DNA of 64,000 nucleotides from Macrostomum hystrix (taxonomy: Eukaryota > Animalia > Platyhelminthes). The DNA lies in NCBI GenBank assembly GCA_950097015.1, contig CATNEN010000025.1, positions 8,184,001-8,248,000 on the forward strand. Direction: 5' to 3'. Positions 1-11,076 of the stretch are shown piece after piece; position 1 is the stretch's first letter, and the number at the start of each line of letters is the position of its first letter. The position numbers and the translations under genes are program-made. Below the pieces are notes generated by a model. It did not search any database. It was not told where the DNA came from and worked only from the letters and a program-made list of their open reading frames with translations.

Positions 1-175
1 AAGGCTTGGCGACCTTGTCGTGCAATTTACGCCCTTGAGGGCACAGTGAGAGTGCACACTGCCTGACGATAAGAAAGTCAAGGCAGGTGTACACACCTGT
101 GTGAGCATGTGCCAGTGTGCGTGTTTGCTCAGCAGAAAGTAGAGTGAGCAGAATCGTCTCGTCGCTGGCTGCTGA
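1..175 (+). mobile_element. SINE family A, diverged copy truncated by the window edge
   Basis: aaggcttgg...tttacgcccttgaggg...cacagtgagagtg...ctgcctgacgataagaaagtca...tcgctggctgc. Confidence 0.8.
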
Positions 176-246
176 TCGGCACATAGCGCTAGCACTCACA
201 GTCCCTGAAAGTTTTACATGAGTGCCAATTATAATTTATCCCTAAG

Positions 247-524
247 TCCACACAAATCTCCACAAATGGCCGCAGAGGCGCACGGATGCCTACCGACAGG
301 CCTACTTCCGGTCCCGCGAGTCCTACCGCCGCCGCTGCCTGCTTGCCGAACGCGAACGACAGCGCCTTCTGGCCGAAGCCGCAGAAGCCGAAGCGGCTGC
401 AGCCGCCGCGGCTGCCGAAGCAGCCAAAGCCGAGAAGAAGCGGCTGCTGCGAGAGGCTAAGCGAGGAGCCGGCGGGAAACTGGCCAGACAGAGGTCGACT
501 TCCGGTGGGAAAGCTCGGAAATAG
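247..524 (+). CDS. Terminal coding exon of an unidentified gene extending upstream of the window (Ala/Glu/Arg/Lys-rich helical C-terminus)
   Basis: Acceptor ttatcctaag| at 245-246, then an open frame [91 protein letters not shown] to TAG 522-524. GC-rich codon-like island followed by an AT-rich 3' region. The ORF track lists only the two other frames. Confidence 0.65.
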
Positions 525-1510
525 TTGCTACGGAAAAAGGTTCAAATGTTGGTGTTCGTTTTATTCATTGGCTGCTTACAGTAGTACAGCAACTACATTT
601 TTTATTGTGTTGGCTTTCTTGCGTTTTTTCATTGCAATTGTTTTGCTAAAACCAATCAAACAAAAACTGATCGGTCTATTTTTCAAGCTTCGGTTGAACA
701 CAAATCAGACATATTTTTATATATGCGTCAAATGGCGAATCTATTCAAACAAATTCTGATTTGATACTTCAAATGCGAGCTAAATCAGACTGGCAGTTTT
801 TGTTTTTGATTACAACATCATCTAGGCTCATCGCGCTGTGACTTTGTACAGGTTTTCTACTTGTGTTGGTACTTTTGTGAGAATTGGCACATTAATGTGT
901 TTTCTTAATGCACATTTTACATTTCTGTACATGTCAAACCAGACACCACAGAAGATCTAGAACTATAGAACTTCAAAGGTTGAACATTGAAATTAGATTA
1001 CTATTTAGCAGCAAAGTGGTTGATTAAAGTCAATTTCATTTAGGGATAGCGTCAAATCTCTTTATTGTACTTGCTAGTACAATTTAATATACTGATATCA
1101 CACAAAAATCCTTTTATGGGACCCGGTTCCGTCCTGATTGTAAAAAATATTTGTGTCCACCCATCCTAAATTTGTTGTCTTGTCTGTTCGTTCTAACAAA
1201 CGAATTATCTTTTTAAATTGATTTTTTGCAAGGCCATAAAGTAAAATATACAATCGTGCTTTGCTGTGCAACTGGAAAATTGCTGGACAAAATTGGTTGT
1301 AAAATTTTGATCGGTTTTAATTTACTTTAAAAGAAATTAGAATTCGTTGACGATGTTCTCTGGATATTTTGTTTATTATAATCGGTTCTATTTGTGCTTT
1401 TTGTTTTATTTCCATGGAAACCACGTGACTTGACCTAAACTTATTCGGGTCAATTAATCTGGTTATCAACCACTTCAACACATTCCTTGTTGCTGTACAG
1501 AAGGGCTCGG

Positions 1511-1833
1511 TAAAACAGAAAATGTTTTCGTCTGTTTTTTTATGTATTGATTTATTACTATTCTGTATTTTTTATAGGAAAACGTTCACTGTCCAATAAA
1601 ACAAAAAAGAGCAAATTTTGCACACAAAAACCAAGATATTCTCCATATTGATGTCAAGGTAAATTTAAGTATATTTAATCTAATTAAGTTTTAACGCTTA
1701 AATATTTAATTAATGAATTTACCTTAAAAATTCACCGATTTTTGTTTATAGGACAAGTGAATATTTCCGATTTTTTCGATTTGCTCACACCGATAGTTGG
1801 TAGACCCAAAGCTTTTCTGTCTTATCTGTTTTA
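1511..1833. repeat. Degenerate nested inverted repeat (foldback/MITE-like)
   Basis: IR pairs 1511-1519/1825-1833 (perfect 9 bp), about 1579-1608/1739-1766 (imperfect), 1656-1665/1716-1725 (perfect 10 bp). Confidence 0.55.
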
Positions 1834-2249
1834 TGTACTCGTATGAGTAAGGATCAGTTTTGTCAAAAATCTATTTACAGTATAAAAGTAGATTGCTAAT
1901 ACGAGCGTACATTGCATTAAAAATCTTTTATAAAGACACCTATAATGTTCTTAGGTTCACATGCTTTACCTCCAATAATAGCTGAGCTATTTACGAACAT
2001 TTTTTCCTAGAAACACCTAGAGATCCGATTATTAATTTAGATTTTCACCTTCTATTTAGATTGCCGCTTTGTCTGTATTTCTGTATTTCTAGAATATATT
2101 AAAATCTCAAATATACACTCCTTTGGCACTGAGCTTTGTTATACTTCTTTAGCTGATTTCCCGCTTTTCGCTTTCAATCGATTTTAAAGTTTGTTATTTC
2201 ATTTGTCTCAATTCCAATTCACTACACAAAAGCCATGGACACAAGACTA

Positions 2250-2710
2250 TCCGCCTACTCTTCCCCTACTCTCCCCTACCTCTCCCCTACCTCTCCCCTC
2301 ACATTACCCTCACTTCCCGTCAGACACTCCTTACCCTCTCCCCGTCACTTTCCAATTACCCGATCTCCTCGTCACTCTCCCCGTCATTCTTCCCATCACT
2401 CTCTCCATCACTCTCCCCGTCAATCTCTCCTCACTCTTCCCCCACTTCCCGTCACTCTCCCCTCACTCCTCGTCACACTTACCTCACTCCCCGTCACTCT
2501 CCCCCGTCACTCTCCCCTCACTCCCCGTCACTCTTCCCCTACCCTCTCCCCGTCCCTCTCCCCTCAATCCCTGTCACACTCTCCTCACTCCCCATCACTC
2601 TTTCCTTACCCAATCCCCGTCACTCTCACCGTCATTCTCCCCTCACTCCCCGTCACTCTACCCTTACCTCTCCCCATCACTCTCCCAGTCACACGCTCTC
2701 CTCTCACTTT
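2250..2710. repeat. Pyrimidine-rich degenerate tandem repeat (ccccgtcactct-like)
   Basis: Recurring ccccgtcactc motif. Confidence 0.8.
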
Positions 2711-3056
2711 CCCATCCGTCTCGTTTCCAAACTATGAATCAATTTTCCATCACTACTGAAGTCAACAAAACGACAATAAATTTATTAACTGTACTTGACG
2801 TAATTTCCACGAATGCACACTTATATATATCGTGCAATATTATATATATATATATATAGTCGTTGAACGTGCATATTTTTTATTTCATCATTTGTTAAAT
2901 TTGATGTGTCGCTCAAATGCATAAATTTTATCGAGAAACTAAGACAAAAAAACAAAGCTGAAGCTTATTTGAAATCCCAATATCAATTTGTGTGCACTCC
3001 CAATTTTTAGTCGCAAATTTTCACAAAAGTCACGTGACGTCTCAAATGAACAAGCG

Positions 3057-3311
3057 CTACTGCCTGCTTCTTATATAGCAAGAAATCGGATGGTACCAAC
3101 TGTTGCACAGGTAGATTCGCTTATTCACTGGTCCACCAAAGTTACCATTGTACACCGGTCCATTGGAAATTTCGGGTTGAAAGTTGCGTCCGAACAAAAG
3201 CACAGATTTTATGATAGACTTATCGTCCTCCGAGTCAGGGATCGACACTGGAGAGGCCTGCAGAATAGCAGCCATTGCAATCAGGCACGCCAGAATCAAT
3301 TTGCCATCCAT
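3057..3311 (-). CDS. Secreted neuropeptide precursor, allatostatin-C/somatostatin-like cyclic peptide
   Basis: 84 aa: hydrophobic signal peptide (MDGKLILACLIAMAAILQA), acidic spacer, KR cleavage site, C-terminal IYLCNSWYHPISCYIRSRQ with two Cys and a PISCY motif resembling AstC NPISCF. Confidence 0.7.
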   Translation of the reverse strand: MDGKLILACLIAMAAILQASPVSIPDSEDDKSIIKSVLLFGRNFQPEISNGPVYNGNFGGPVNKRIYLCNSWYHPISCYIRSRQ

Positions 3312-3684
3312 GACAACTGATTCTTATGGGATTTTAGCTAGGTAGATTTTGAGTCGATCAAACTGGAACTCGAGCAACAGGAGCAGTGCCCATTCTTGCT
3401 CATTGTTGATTTTATAGACCCGGAGATCAAAGGACCGCGTGATTGCCGCCTTCGTTGTTGAAGCAATTAAACAGGACTGTCTCTCCCCTGACAGTCGGTC
3501 TGCTTTCTCATTTGTTGCTTGCTTTTTCGACTATGAGCAGGTGCTCCGCGTCTTTGCTGCTCAGAGAAAGAAAAATTTGAAAATATATGGCCAGAAAACA
3601 GACGAGATCCTGCTAGCACGCAACAGCCCTAACTAGACTGTGTTTCATATTCTCTTCCGAATATGAATGTACTGAGTACCCCTA

Positions 3685-4590
3685 GGACTCTTCAGGATTG
3701 ACTCTCCCTCTGAGATTCTTCAGGATTGACTCTACCCCTGAGATTCTTGAGGATTGACTCTCCCTCTGAGATTCTTCAGGATTGACTCTACCCCTGAGAT
3801 TCTTGAGGATTGACTCTCCCTCTGAGATTCTTCAGGATTGACTCTACCCCTGAGATTCTTGAGGATTGACTCTCCCTCTGAGATTCTTCAGGATTGACTC
3901 TCCCTCTGAGATTCTTCAGGATCGACTCTCCCCTGAGATTCTCCAGGATTGATCACACCTGAGATTCTTCAGAATTGACTTTCCCCTGAGATTCTTCAGA
4001 ATTGACTCTCCCCCTGAAATTCTTGAGGATCGACTCTTACCTGAGATTCTTGAAGATCAACTCTCACCTGAGATTCTTCAGGATTGACTCTCCCTCTGAG
4101 ATTCCTGACGATTGACTCCCACCTGAAATTCTTCAGGATTGACTCTCCCACTGAGATTCCTGACGATTGACTCCAACCTGAAATTCTTCAGGATTGACTC
4201 TCCCACTGAGATTCTTCAGGATTGACTCTTCCCCTGGTACTCTGCAGGATCGACTCTCCCTCTGAGATTCTTCAGGATCAACTCTCCCCCTGAGATTCTT
4301 GAAGATCGACTCTTACCTGAGATTCTTCAGGATTGACTCTCCCCTGAGATTCTTCAGGATCGACTCTCACCTGAGATTCTTCAGGATCGACTCTCCCTCA
4401 GAGATTCTTTAGGATCGACTCTACCCCTGAGATTCTTGAGGATTGACTCTCGCTGAGATTCTTCAGGATCGGTTCTCCCACTGAGATTCTTCAGGATTGA
4501 CTCTCCCCCCCTGAGATTCTTCTGGATCGATTCTCCCCTGAGATTCTTGAGGATTGATTCTCTCCCTGAGATTCTTCAGAATCGACTCTC
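3685..4590. repeat. Minisatellite, about 28 nt (ctgagattcttcaggattgactctccct)
   Basis: About 30 tandem copies. Confidence 0.95.
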
Positions 4591-7022
4591 TCCAAACTTC
4601 AGAGAATTTTTGCGCTCTCTGAAATTTCAACAGAGTTTTTTAAGAAAAGCAAGATGCTAGGTCGCCACAGACGTCACAGACATTAGGGATGACATTAGGG
4701 AGAAGAGGGAATTTGGGACAAGCGAGAACATTTGGGACAGAATAGACTCGGAGACAGCAACAAACGGCCAGAGTAAAACGGCCACAGTCTAACTAAATAA
4801 TTCTAAAAAATCATGATAAGAAAACACAAAAGCTAGAAGCCAGTATAAGAAAATCAATAATAAGAGCACATGGTCGAATTCATCACGCATCACTTTATGT
4901 GTTATCACCACACCCCTTAATTTCCACTTGATATAAATAATATATATATTTTTCCTGACAGGTTTGTGTTCTTGGTCACGCATGGTTTTGTCGCATGCAT
5001 ATCCAGTGTAAAATAAAGTATTGATTGTACAATGTTATCCCTCGCAAATACATTGGACTGAATATAAAACACTCTTTATCCACCTGATGACCTCGCGTCC
5101 CCCTCACAGATTTTTATTTGGAGCGATTAGAACTGCAAAGGCCCGGCAATGCAGCAATTTTCAAAAACTGTGCGACAATCGATCCAGAAAGCGAACAGTT
5201 GCCCTCACTAATTTTCGTCAAATACAGAGCCTATTCTATATTTTTGTCAGGAAAACCAGAAAAGTCCTATGAGATGTGAATCAATAACGTCCTTGTGTGT
5301 ACTATTTCGAACTAATGCATGAAATGTACGAATAAACCCTGCGTGTACTATTCCATGAGTGCTTACTTTTAGTGGCGCGATATGCTTGTGTAATCTTCGG
5401 ACTGGCTCTGACATTTCAAGACATTTCGAGATTATACCAAGGACAACTGGAAGAATAATTTTCTTCTTCTAGTGGTCCTTGAATTATACATGTAGGAATT
5501 AGCCGAATATAATATCCGATCCCGCATATCAGCCAAAATCAGTCTTATCTGTATTTATGAAAAAACATGACTCGAAAATAATATTTGGAATCGAGACCCA
5601 TGCTGACATCCAACACCGGAGTGCAAAAATATTTTTACGAATCGGTTCGTTTTCTTAGAAAGTGTGTTTGCACGTTTTTGTAGACTAAAGGCTGATCTCA
5701 GTGTTCGTGAATACATGAGTATTGAGTATACACATACACGTGACTGTCAATTTTGCCGCTTAGATTTCGATTCTTCAGACGCATACGTTTAGCTTATTTT
5801 TTCTCCAGAAACTATTTAGTTCATTTAGAATTGTTTTGCGAAAATCTGTAAATCATAGATTCATAGGCCTAATATTTAATTTTCGTACGACGGGACTTAC
5901 TTTTAGGCCCTGCTAAATTGTAGCCCATCTGTCACTTCTGCATTGTATTGTCGTAGTTTAACAGTTTTTAACCTACAGGCACACACTTATCTGTCCTGAC
6001 TATTTCATTGTCAGGCAGTGTACTTAGTATTAGCTTTCTTTATAGGGTAAAGTAAAGTTAGGCCTAATTTTAAAGTTTATTAGGCCTACAAAAGAAAAAC
6101 AAAAATTCTTGAACAACCTCAAAAATGCATATGCGAAGCAAGCTAGTTTTGACTGCAAGGCTGTTAACTTATAACTTATAACTTAAGTTAACTTTAAGTT
6201 ATTATGTTAAGTTATAACTTATAACTTATAAGGCTGTTACCTTATAACTTCTCTCCTTCACTGGTTTAGCAACTTGTCCTATCTTTTGTACAAATTAGTT
6301 GATTTCATTTGTTAGCTTTTAAGTTTTATTATTTTTTTTGCTGAGACCAAATTAATAGTTTGCCAGCTCATTTATGTTCTCCTTTTTGTTTATATTTCAC
6401 TTGAAATTATTCATTTTGCCTATCAGCTAGGCCTTGGCCTACCAAAATTTATGCTGGTTATGCATGCAAGGTCACCAAACAGTTGCACTGACATCTATAA
6501 AAAAGTTCTATCTAGTTTTTTGTGTTAGTATTTTCATATATTATATTAGCCTATTAATCTAAAATTATTTTGGGAACAAAGATTTAGCTAATCAATAAAA
6601 ACTATTGCTAGATAAGTCTGTGTTTCCTAAAATGTATTCAAAATTATTGCTCCCATTTTTTAAAAAGCAACACATGGAGCAGGCTTTTTCCAAATAAAAC
6701 CATTTTTAGCTTAAAATTAAATGAAGCATAACTGTTTAGTTTCAGGGTGCCAGTCCTAATTGATATTTTTCTGAAGGTTGCTAGGTGACGTCAGATTTAT
6801 TGGTCTAATGGTCTATTTAACTTGCTATTTAAATTTAGATAGGTCTTCAACAGATACATGCGAAACTAAAATATATAAAAAACACTAGGCTTTTCAAGCT
6901 TTAAAAAGATATTATTTTGGTCTAGCTAATGAAACAGTTTTTATACTTAAGCAAAGTAATGTTTAATAAGAACCCATTTGTATCTATTTTGTATTACACT
7001 ATACCTTTGTTTGGCATGGCTA

Positions 7023-8049
7023 ATGGTAAAAATTAATTTTAGACTTAGACAAGATAATACAGTCCCTAATAATGATTTTATATGCAATTGTATTTATCAA
7101 TTTGCAGGACAATTCGCGTCACCACCCACCTTCTGGCACTGCCAGACGACCGCCTGGGCCATCTGGCCATCAGCGACCTCTTCAGCCACCACCGCTGACG
7201 CCCCCACCGCCGACACCGCCACCGCCGCAGCACTCTGTGACGGTGGTCGAGAGTGGACCGCATCGCGACAGAATCAGCTCAATGAGGTCTCCAGCTCAAG
7301 TCACTCGACACCCAGCCGCCGCCGCCGCTGCTACCATCGCCCGCTCCAAGCAGCTTCGCGTCAGCAGCTTCGGCGAGACAGCATCGGCAGCTTCGTCGTC
7401 CATCGGCGCCAACGCAAACGACTCCTTCACGGCTGACGATTCCGCTCCGCCGATGGAGCTCACACTGCGCTGCCTGTGGGCCCAGGCGCGCCACGTTGCC
7501 GCCCTCGCCGAGCGCGACCTGCAGTCGGCTCGCTCCTCCCTGCGCGCCGAAGCCGTCGCCGCCTTCGCCGAGCTGCGCGATCGTCGCGCCGATCTACTGC
7601 GTCGCCGACGCGAAGCCGAAGCCTGGCGATGCGTTGTATCGGCCGACGCCGCCCTGGCCAGTCTGGAAGCGGCTGGCGCAGCGGCACCCCCGATCGAGCA
7701 TTTCGAGGCCGCCAAGCTGGCCGCCCAGTCGGCCGCCGTGGCTGCCCGAAGGATTCGCCCGCCAGCCGATTGCGACTTGGCTGCCGACAATGACGATCTC
7801 GCCGAGGAGCTTCGTCGTTTGGCTGCCGGAGTTGCTCGAGCTCCGCTCATCGGCGCCTGGCCAGAAGTCGGCGCGGCGATGGAGGCCGAACGCGCCGCTG
7901 ACGAGGCCGACAGACTGCTGGCTGAAGCTGCGCCAGCCTGTCGTCGAAGGCTGACGGAGGCGAACGCCTTGGCAACTAGGGCGGCTTCCGATAGGCTGTC
8001 GGCACTTGTTCTGCTCAAAAATGACTCATTTGGCTGTGCTCAAACTTAG
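7023..8049 (+). CDS. Protein with a Pro/Ser/Ala-rich disordered N-terminus and coiled-coil C-terminus; possibly HAUS8 (augmin subunit 8)-like
   Basis: Main exon 7108-8049 after acceptor tttgcag|. A possible ATG micro-exon at 7023-7025 is followed by |gtaaaa (82-nt intron, phase 0). The HAUS8 guess rests only on recalled resemblance of ELTLRCLWAQARHVAALAERDL...ELRDRRADLLRRRRE to the HAUS8/QWRF coiled-coil start. Confidence 0.55.
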
Positions 8050-8334
8050 ATCAAATTGCTCACAATTGTATTAACTTCTTACAAGTAAATGCTGATTAAC
8101 GATTTACAAAATCGTGCCTGGTTCTTATATATTTAGTATAATTCTCTGTTGTTGCATTTTTACGAGTATATACTTCGATTCTAATTTAAACCTACTCATT
8201 CTACTTTAAGTAGGGTGTATGAATTTAAGTGATAACAATTTAAGAAAAAAACAAATAGGTCTTCTTTTTCTCGGCCAGTAGGCCTACTGATTCATTTAAA
8301 TTTTTTTATTTCTAAAGAAAATGTTTGTCCCTTA

Positions 8335-9125
8335 GTTTCTAATAGCCATTCTAATCCTGATCCCGATAATAACTCTGATCCCCATCCTTATACTGATCCC
8401 TATCCTTATACTGATTCCCATCCTAATCCTGATTCCCATCCTAATCCTGATCCCGATAATAACTCTGATCCCCATCCTTATACAGATCCCTATCCTTATA
8501 CTGATCCCCATCCTAATCCTGATTCCCATCCTAATCCTGATCCCCATCCTTATACTGATCCCTATCCTTATACTGATCCCCATCCTAATCCTGATCCCCA
8601 TCCTTATACTGATCCCCATCCTTATACTGATCCCTATCCTTATACTGATCCCCATCCTAATCCTGATCCCCATCCTTATACTGATCCCCATCCTTATACT
8701 GATCCCTATCCTTATACTGATCCCCATCCTAATCCTGATCCCCATCCTAATCCTGATCCCCATCCTAAAACTGATCCCCATCCTAATCCTGATCCCCATC
8801 CTAAACCTGATCCCCATCCTTATACTGATCCCCATCCTTATACTGATCCCCATCCTTATACTGATACCCATCCTTATACTGATCCCCATCCTTATACTGA
8901 TTCCCATCCTAATCCTGATCCCCATCCTTATACTGATCCCCATCCTAATCCTGATCCCCATCCTTATACTGATCCCCATCCTTATACTGATCCCCATCCT
9001 TATACTGATCCCATCCTTCTACTGATCCCCATACTAATCCCGATTCCCATTCTTATCCGGATCCCACACTAGCCCTGATCATAATCCAGATTCCTATCCT
9101 GATCTCTAACCTCATTCCGATCCCC
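8335..9125. repeat. 18-nt minisatellite (atactgatccccatcctt / atcctgatccccatccta)
   Basis: About 40 copies between the coiled-coil gene and the RSRC1-like acceptor. Confidence 0.95.
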
Positions 9126-9224
9126 ACTTTGACTCCCAGTCCTCCTCCTTCTTTCTTCTATTTCAGCTGTCAGCTGCTGTTGCTGCAGTCAGAAGCCAAT
9201 CAGTTTCTAAGAAACAACAAGGAA

Positions 9225-9791
9225 ATGCCTGGCCACTCCTCGCGCCATCACCACAAGCCATCGTCTTCTTCGTCTAGCAGTCATCGACGTCATCATCAAA
9301 CTGACGACGCTAAGCACACGTCGCGAGACGCCAGCAAGCGGCACCAGCGCCAGGATGTCGACGGCAGTAACGGCTCCTCTGTCGGTGTACACCTGTCCCG
9401 CATTGGCAACGAGGAAGATCGGGATCGTCGGCTGGCTGAGATTGAAGCCGACGACGGCTTCCGACCGGCCGCTTTTGTATCCTCGCGTCGTCAGCAGGCC
9501 GGCGGCGGCGGCGGCTTCACCAAGATGATGAACGAGCGCGGACACGACAGCGCCATCTTTGGTCGCTCCGAGGAGGCCGGCATGGCGGCTGCGGCGGCCG
9601 CTATGGCCCTGGCCGAAGAGGAGGAAGCCGCTACTTCAGCCGCTGCTGGAGCCTCTAACAATGAGCCGACAACTGAAGCTGCCAGACTGAACGAGATTCT
9701 ACATCCTGCACTGACTAAGGACCTAGATCGAGCCTGGGATGAGTACAGGACTCATCTGATCGCCCAGCTAAGGCTTGTCCAGTCACAATGA
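9225..9791 (+). CDS. RSRC1: RSRC1/SRrp53-like Ser/Arg/His-rich protein
   Basis: ATG 9225 downstream of acceptor tttcag|. S/R/H-rich N-terminus, then RLAEIEADDGFRPAAFVSSR (cf. RSRC1 [21 protein letters not shown]) and ILHPALTKDLDRAWDEYRTHLIAQLR (cf. [25 protein letters not shown]). Comparison is from memory. Confidence 0.6.
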   Translation: MPGHSSRHHHKPSSSSSSSHRRHHQTDDAKHTSRDASKRHQRQDVDGSNGSSVGVHLSRIGNEEDRDRRLAEIEADDGFRPAAFVSSRRQQAGGGGGFTKMMNERGHDSAIFGRSEEAGMAAAAAAMALAEEEEAATSAAAGASNNEPTTEAARLNEILHPALTKDLDRAWDEYRTHLIAQLRLVQSQ

Positions 9792-9804
9792 TGATTACCA
9801 AACT

Positions 9805-10062
9805 AGTAGTACATGTGTCTGTTCCATCTACTGTGAGTAGTACCTGTGACTGTTCCATCTACTGTGAGTAGTACCTGTGTCTGTTCCATCTACTGTGAGT
9901 AGTACCTGTGTCTGTTCCATCTACTGTGAGTAGTACCTGTGTCTGTTCTATCTACTGTGAGTAGTACCTGTGTCTGTTCCATCTACTATGAGTAGTACCT
10001 GTGCCTGTTCCATCTACTGTGAGTAGTACCTGTGTCTGTTCCATCTACTATGAGTAGATGGA
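9805..10062. repeat. 31-nt minisatellite (gtagtacctgtgtctgttccatctactgtga) directly after the RSRC1-like stop
   Basis: About 8 copies, ending in a perfect 10-bp inverted repeat. Confidence 0.93.
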
Positions 10063-10725
10063 ATATTTAAATAGACTCGTGATCCATGAAAATGCAAAAG
10101 TTTGTACATTATGCCTATTGGTTGTGCTTTCTCAACAATCATTTTTTATCGTTTGTTTTATACATTTTTGCCTTTGTCATTTTTCTAAAAATATAAGGCG
10201 GAAAACTTGGATCTAATTTGCGCCTTGTGCGGTTTTAGTTTAACAGAAGGATATAAAACTAATCTACAGCAAAGTCTTAGCTGGAGCTATAGTATCCTTC
10301 ATTGAATTACAAGGTAGTCCAGTTGAAGCCATGATTTATTCAGCAACCTTACTGTAACAGCTGAGATTTGATGAGGCCTATTGTGCTTTACGTTTGGGCA
10401 CCGCCCTAAATGTCTAACCCGATGCCTTATACCGTTTTATAATATGCCCGTCTGATTCGGCTCAACTAAGGAAGGAAAATCTGTGCCCATCTTTGGTACA
10501 GAGAGAGAGACACAAGGAAAGCATGTGGCGGATTGCCTACAATGTACATTCTTACACCGGGGTGGGATGTTTGCTCATCAACCAATTGGCTTTCTTCAAA
10601 TATAAAATAGATAGTCTTGACGGCTTAATTCTTGTTTGTCATCAGTTTTACAATTCCCCAACCCAACCATTTCTTTGCGGAATCATTCCGAGTCTCAAAG
10701 TATCGAAGAATCAGAGTCTGAAATC

Positions 10726-11076
10726 ATGTTGTCTCAGCAAAGCTCCTTGAATGAGATCGATCTAGCTGACGATATCGACGATCTCGGCGACGCCATCGCC
10801 GATTTAATTAGACGCTTCCCTGCGATGTCGGGTCCGGGCGGTTTTGTGACCCGGGACCAACTGCGCGACGCTCTGGACGCCATGGGGCTGAAGCTGACCG
10901 GGTTCCAGCTGCGAGATCTGCTGGCTGAGGTCGGCGAAGACTCCACGGAGCTGTTCGATTGCGATGCTGTGCTCAAGATATTCCGGCGAGCCAGGCCGCA
11001 GCATCAGAGCGATCGGCGGCTGCTGAGAGACTCTCGACTCGGACTGCAGAAACGCGAGACCAGGCAGCGGATTGAG
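10726..11076 (+). CDS. Plastin exon 1 (EF-hand-like headpiece)
   Basis: [29 protein letters not shown]; donor GAG|gtctgt. Confidence 0.8.

Noticed and set aside
4683-4700. TTAGGG telomere-like motifs
   Set aside because: Only two non-adjacent copies; expected by chance.
4789-4983. Small hydrophobic ORF (VLLLLIFLYWLLAFVF)
   Set aside because: AT-rich low-complexity sequence readily yields such frames; no recognisable motif or supporting structure.
6160-6250. Palindromic ataactt/aagttat cluster
   Set aside because: Short AT-rich 7-mer microsatellite inversion; nothing else in the window supports a function.
7279-8018. Long antisense and alternate-frame ORFs over GC-rich exons
   Set aside because: Shadow ORFs caused by stop-poor GC-rich coding sequence; also seen at 9207, 10734, 12716-13420, 14537, 20188, 26338, 62866 and 63539.
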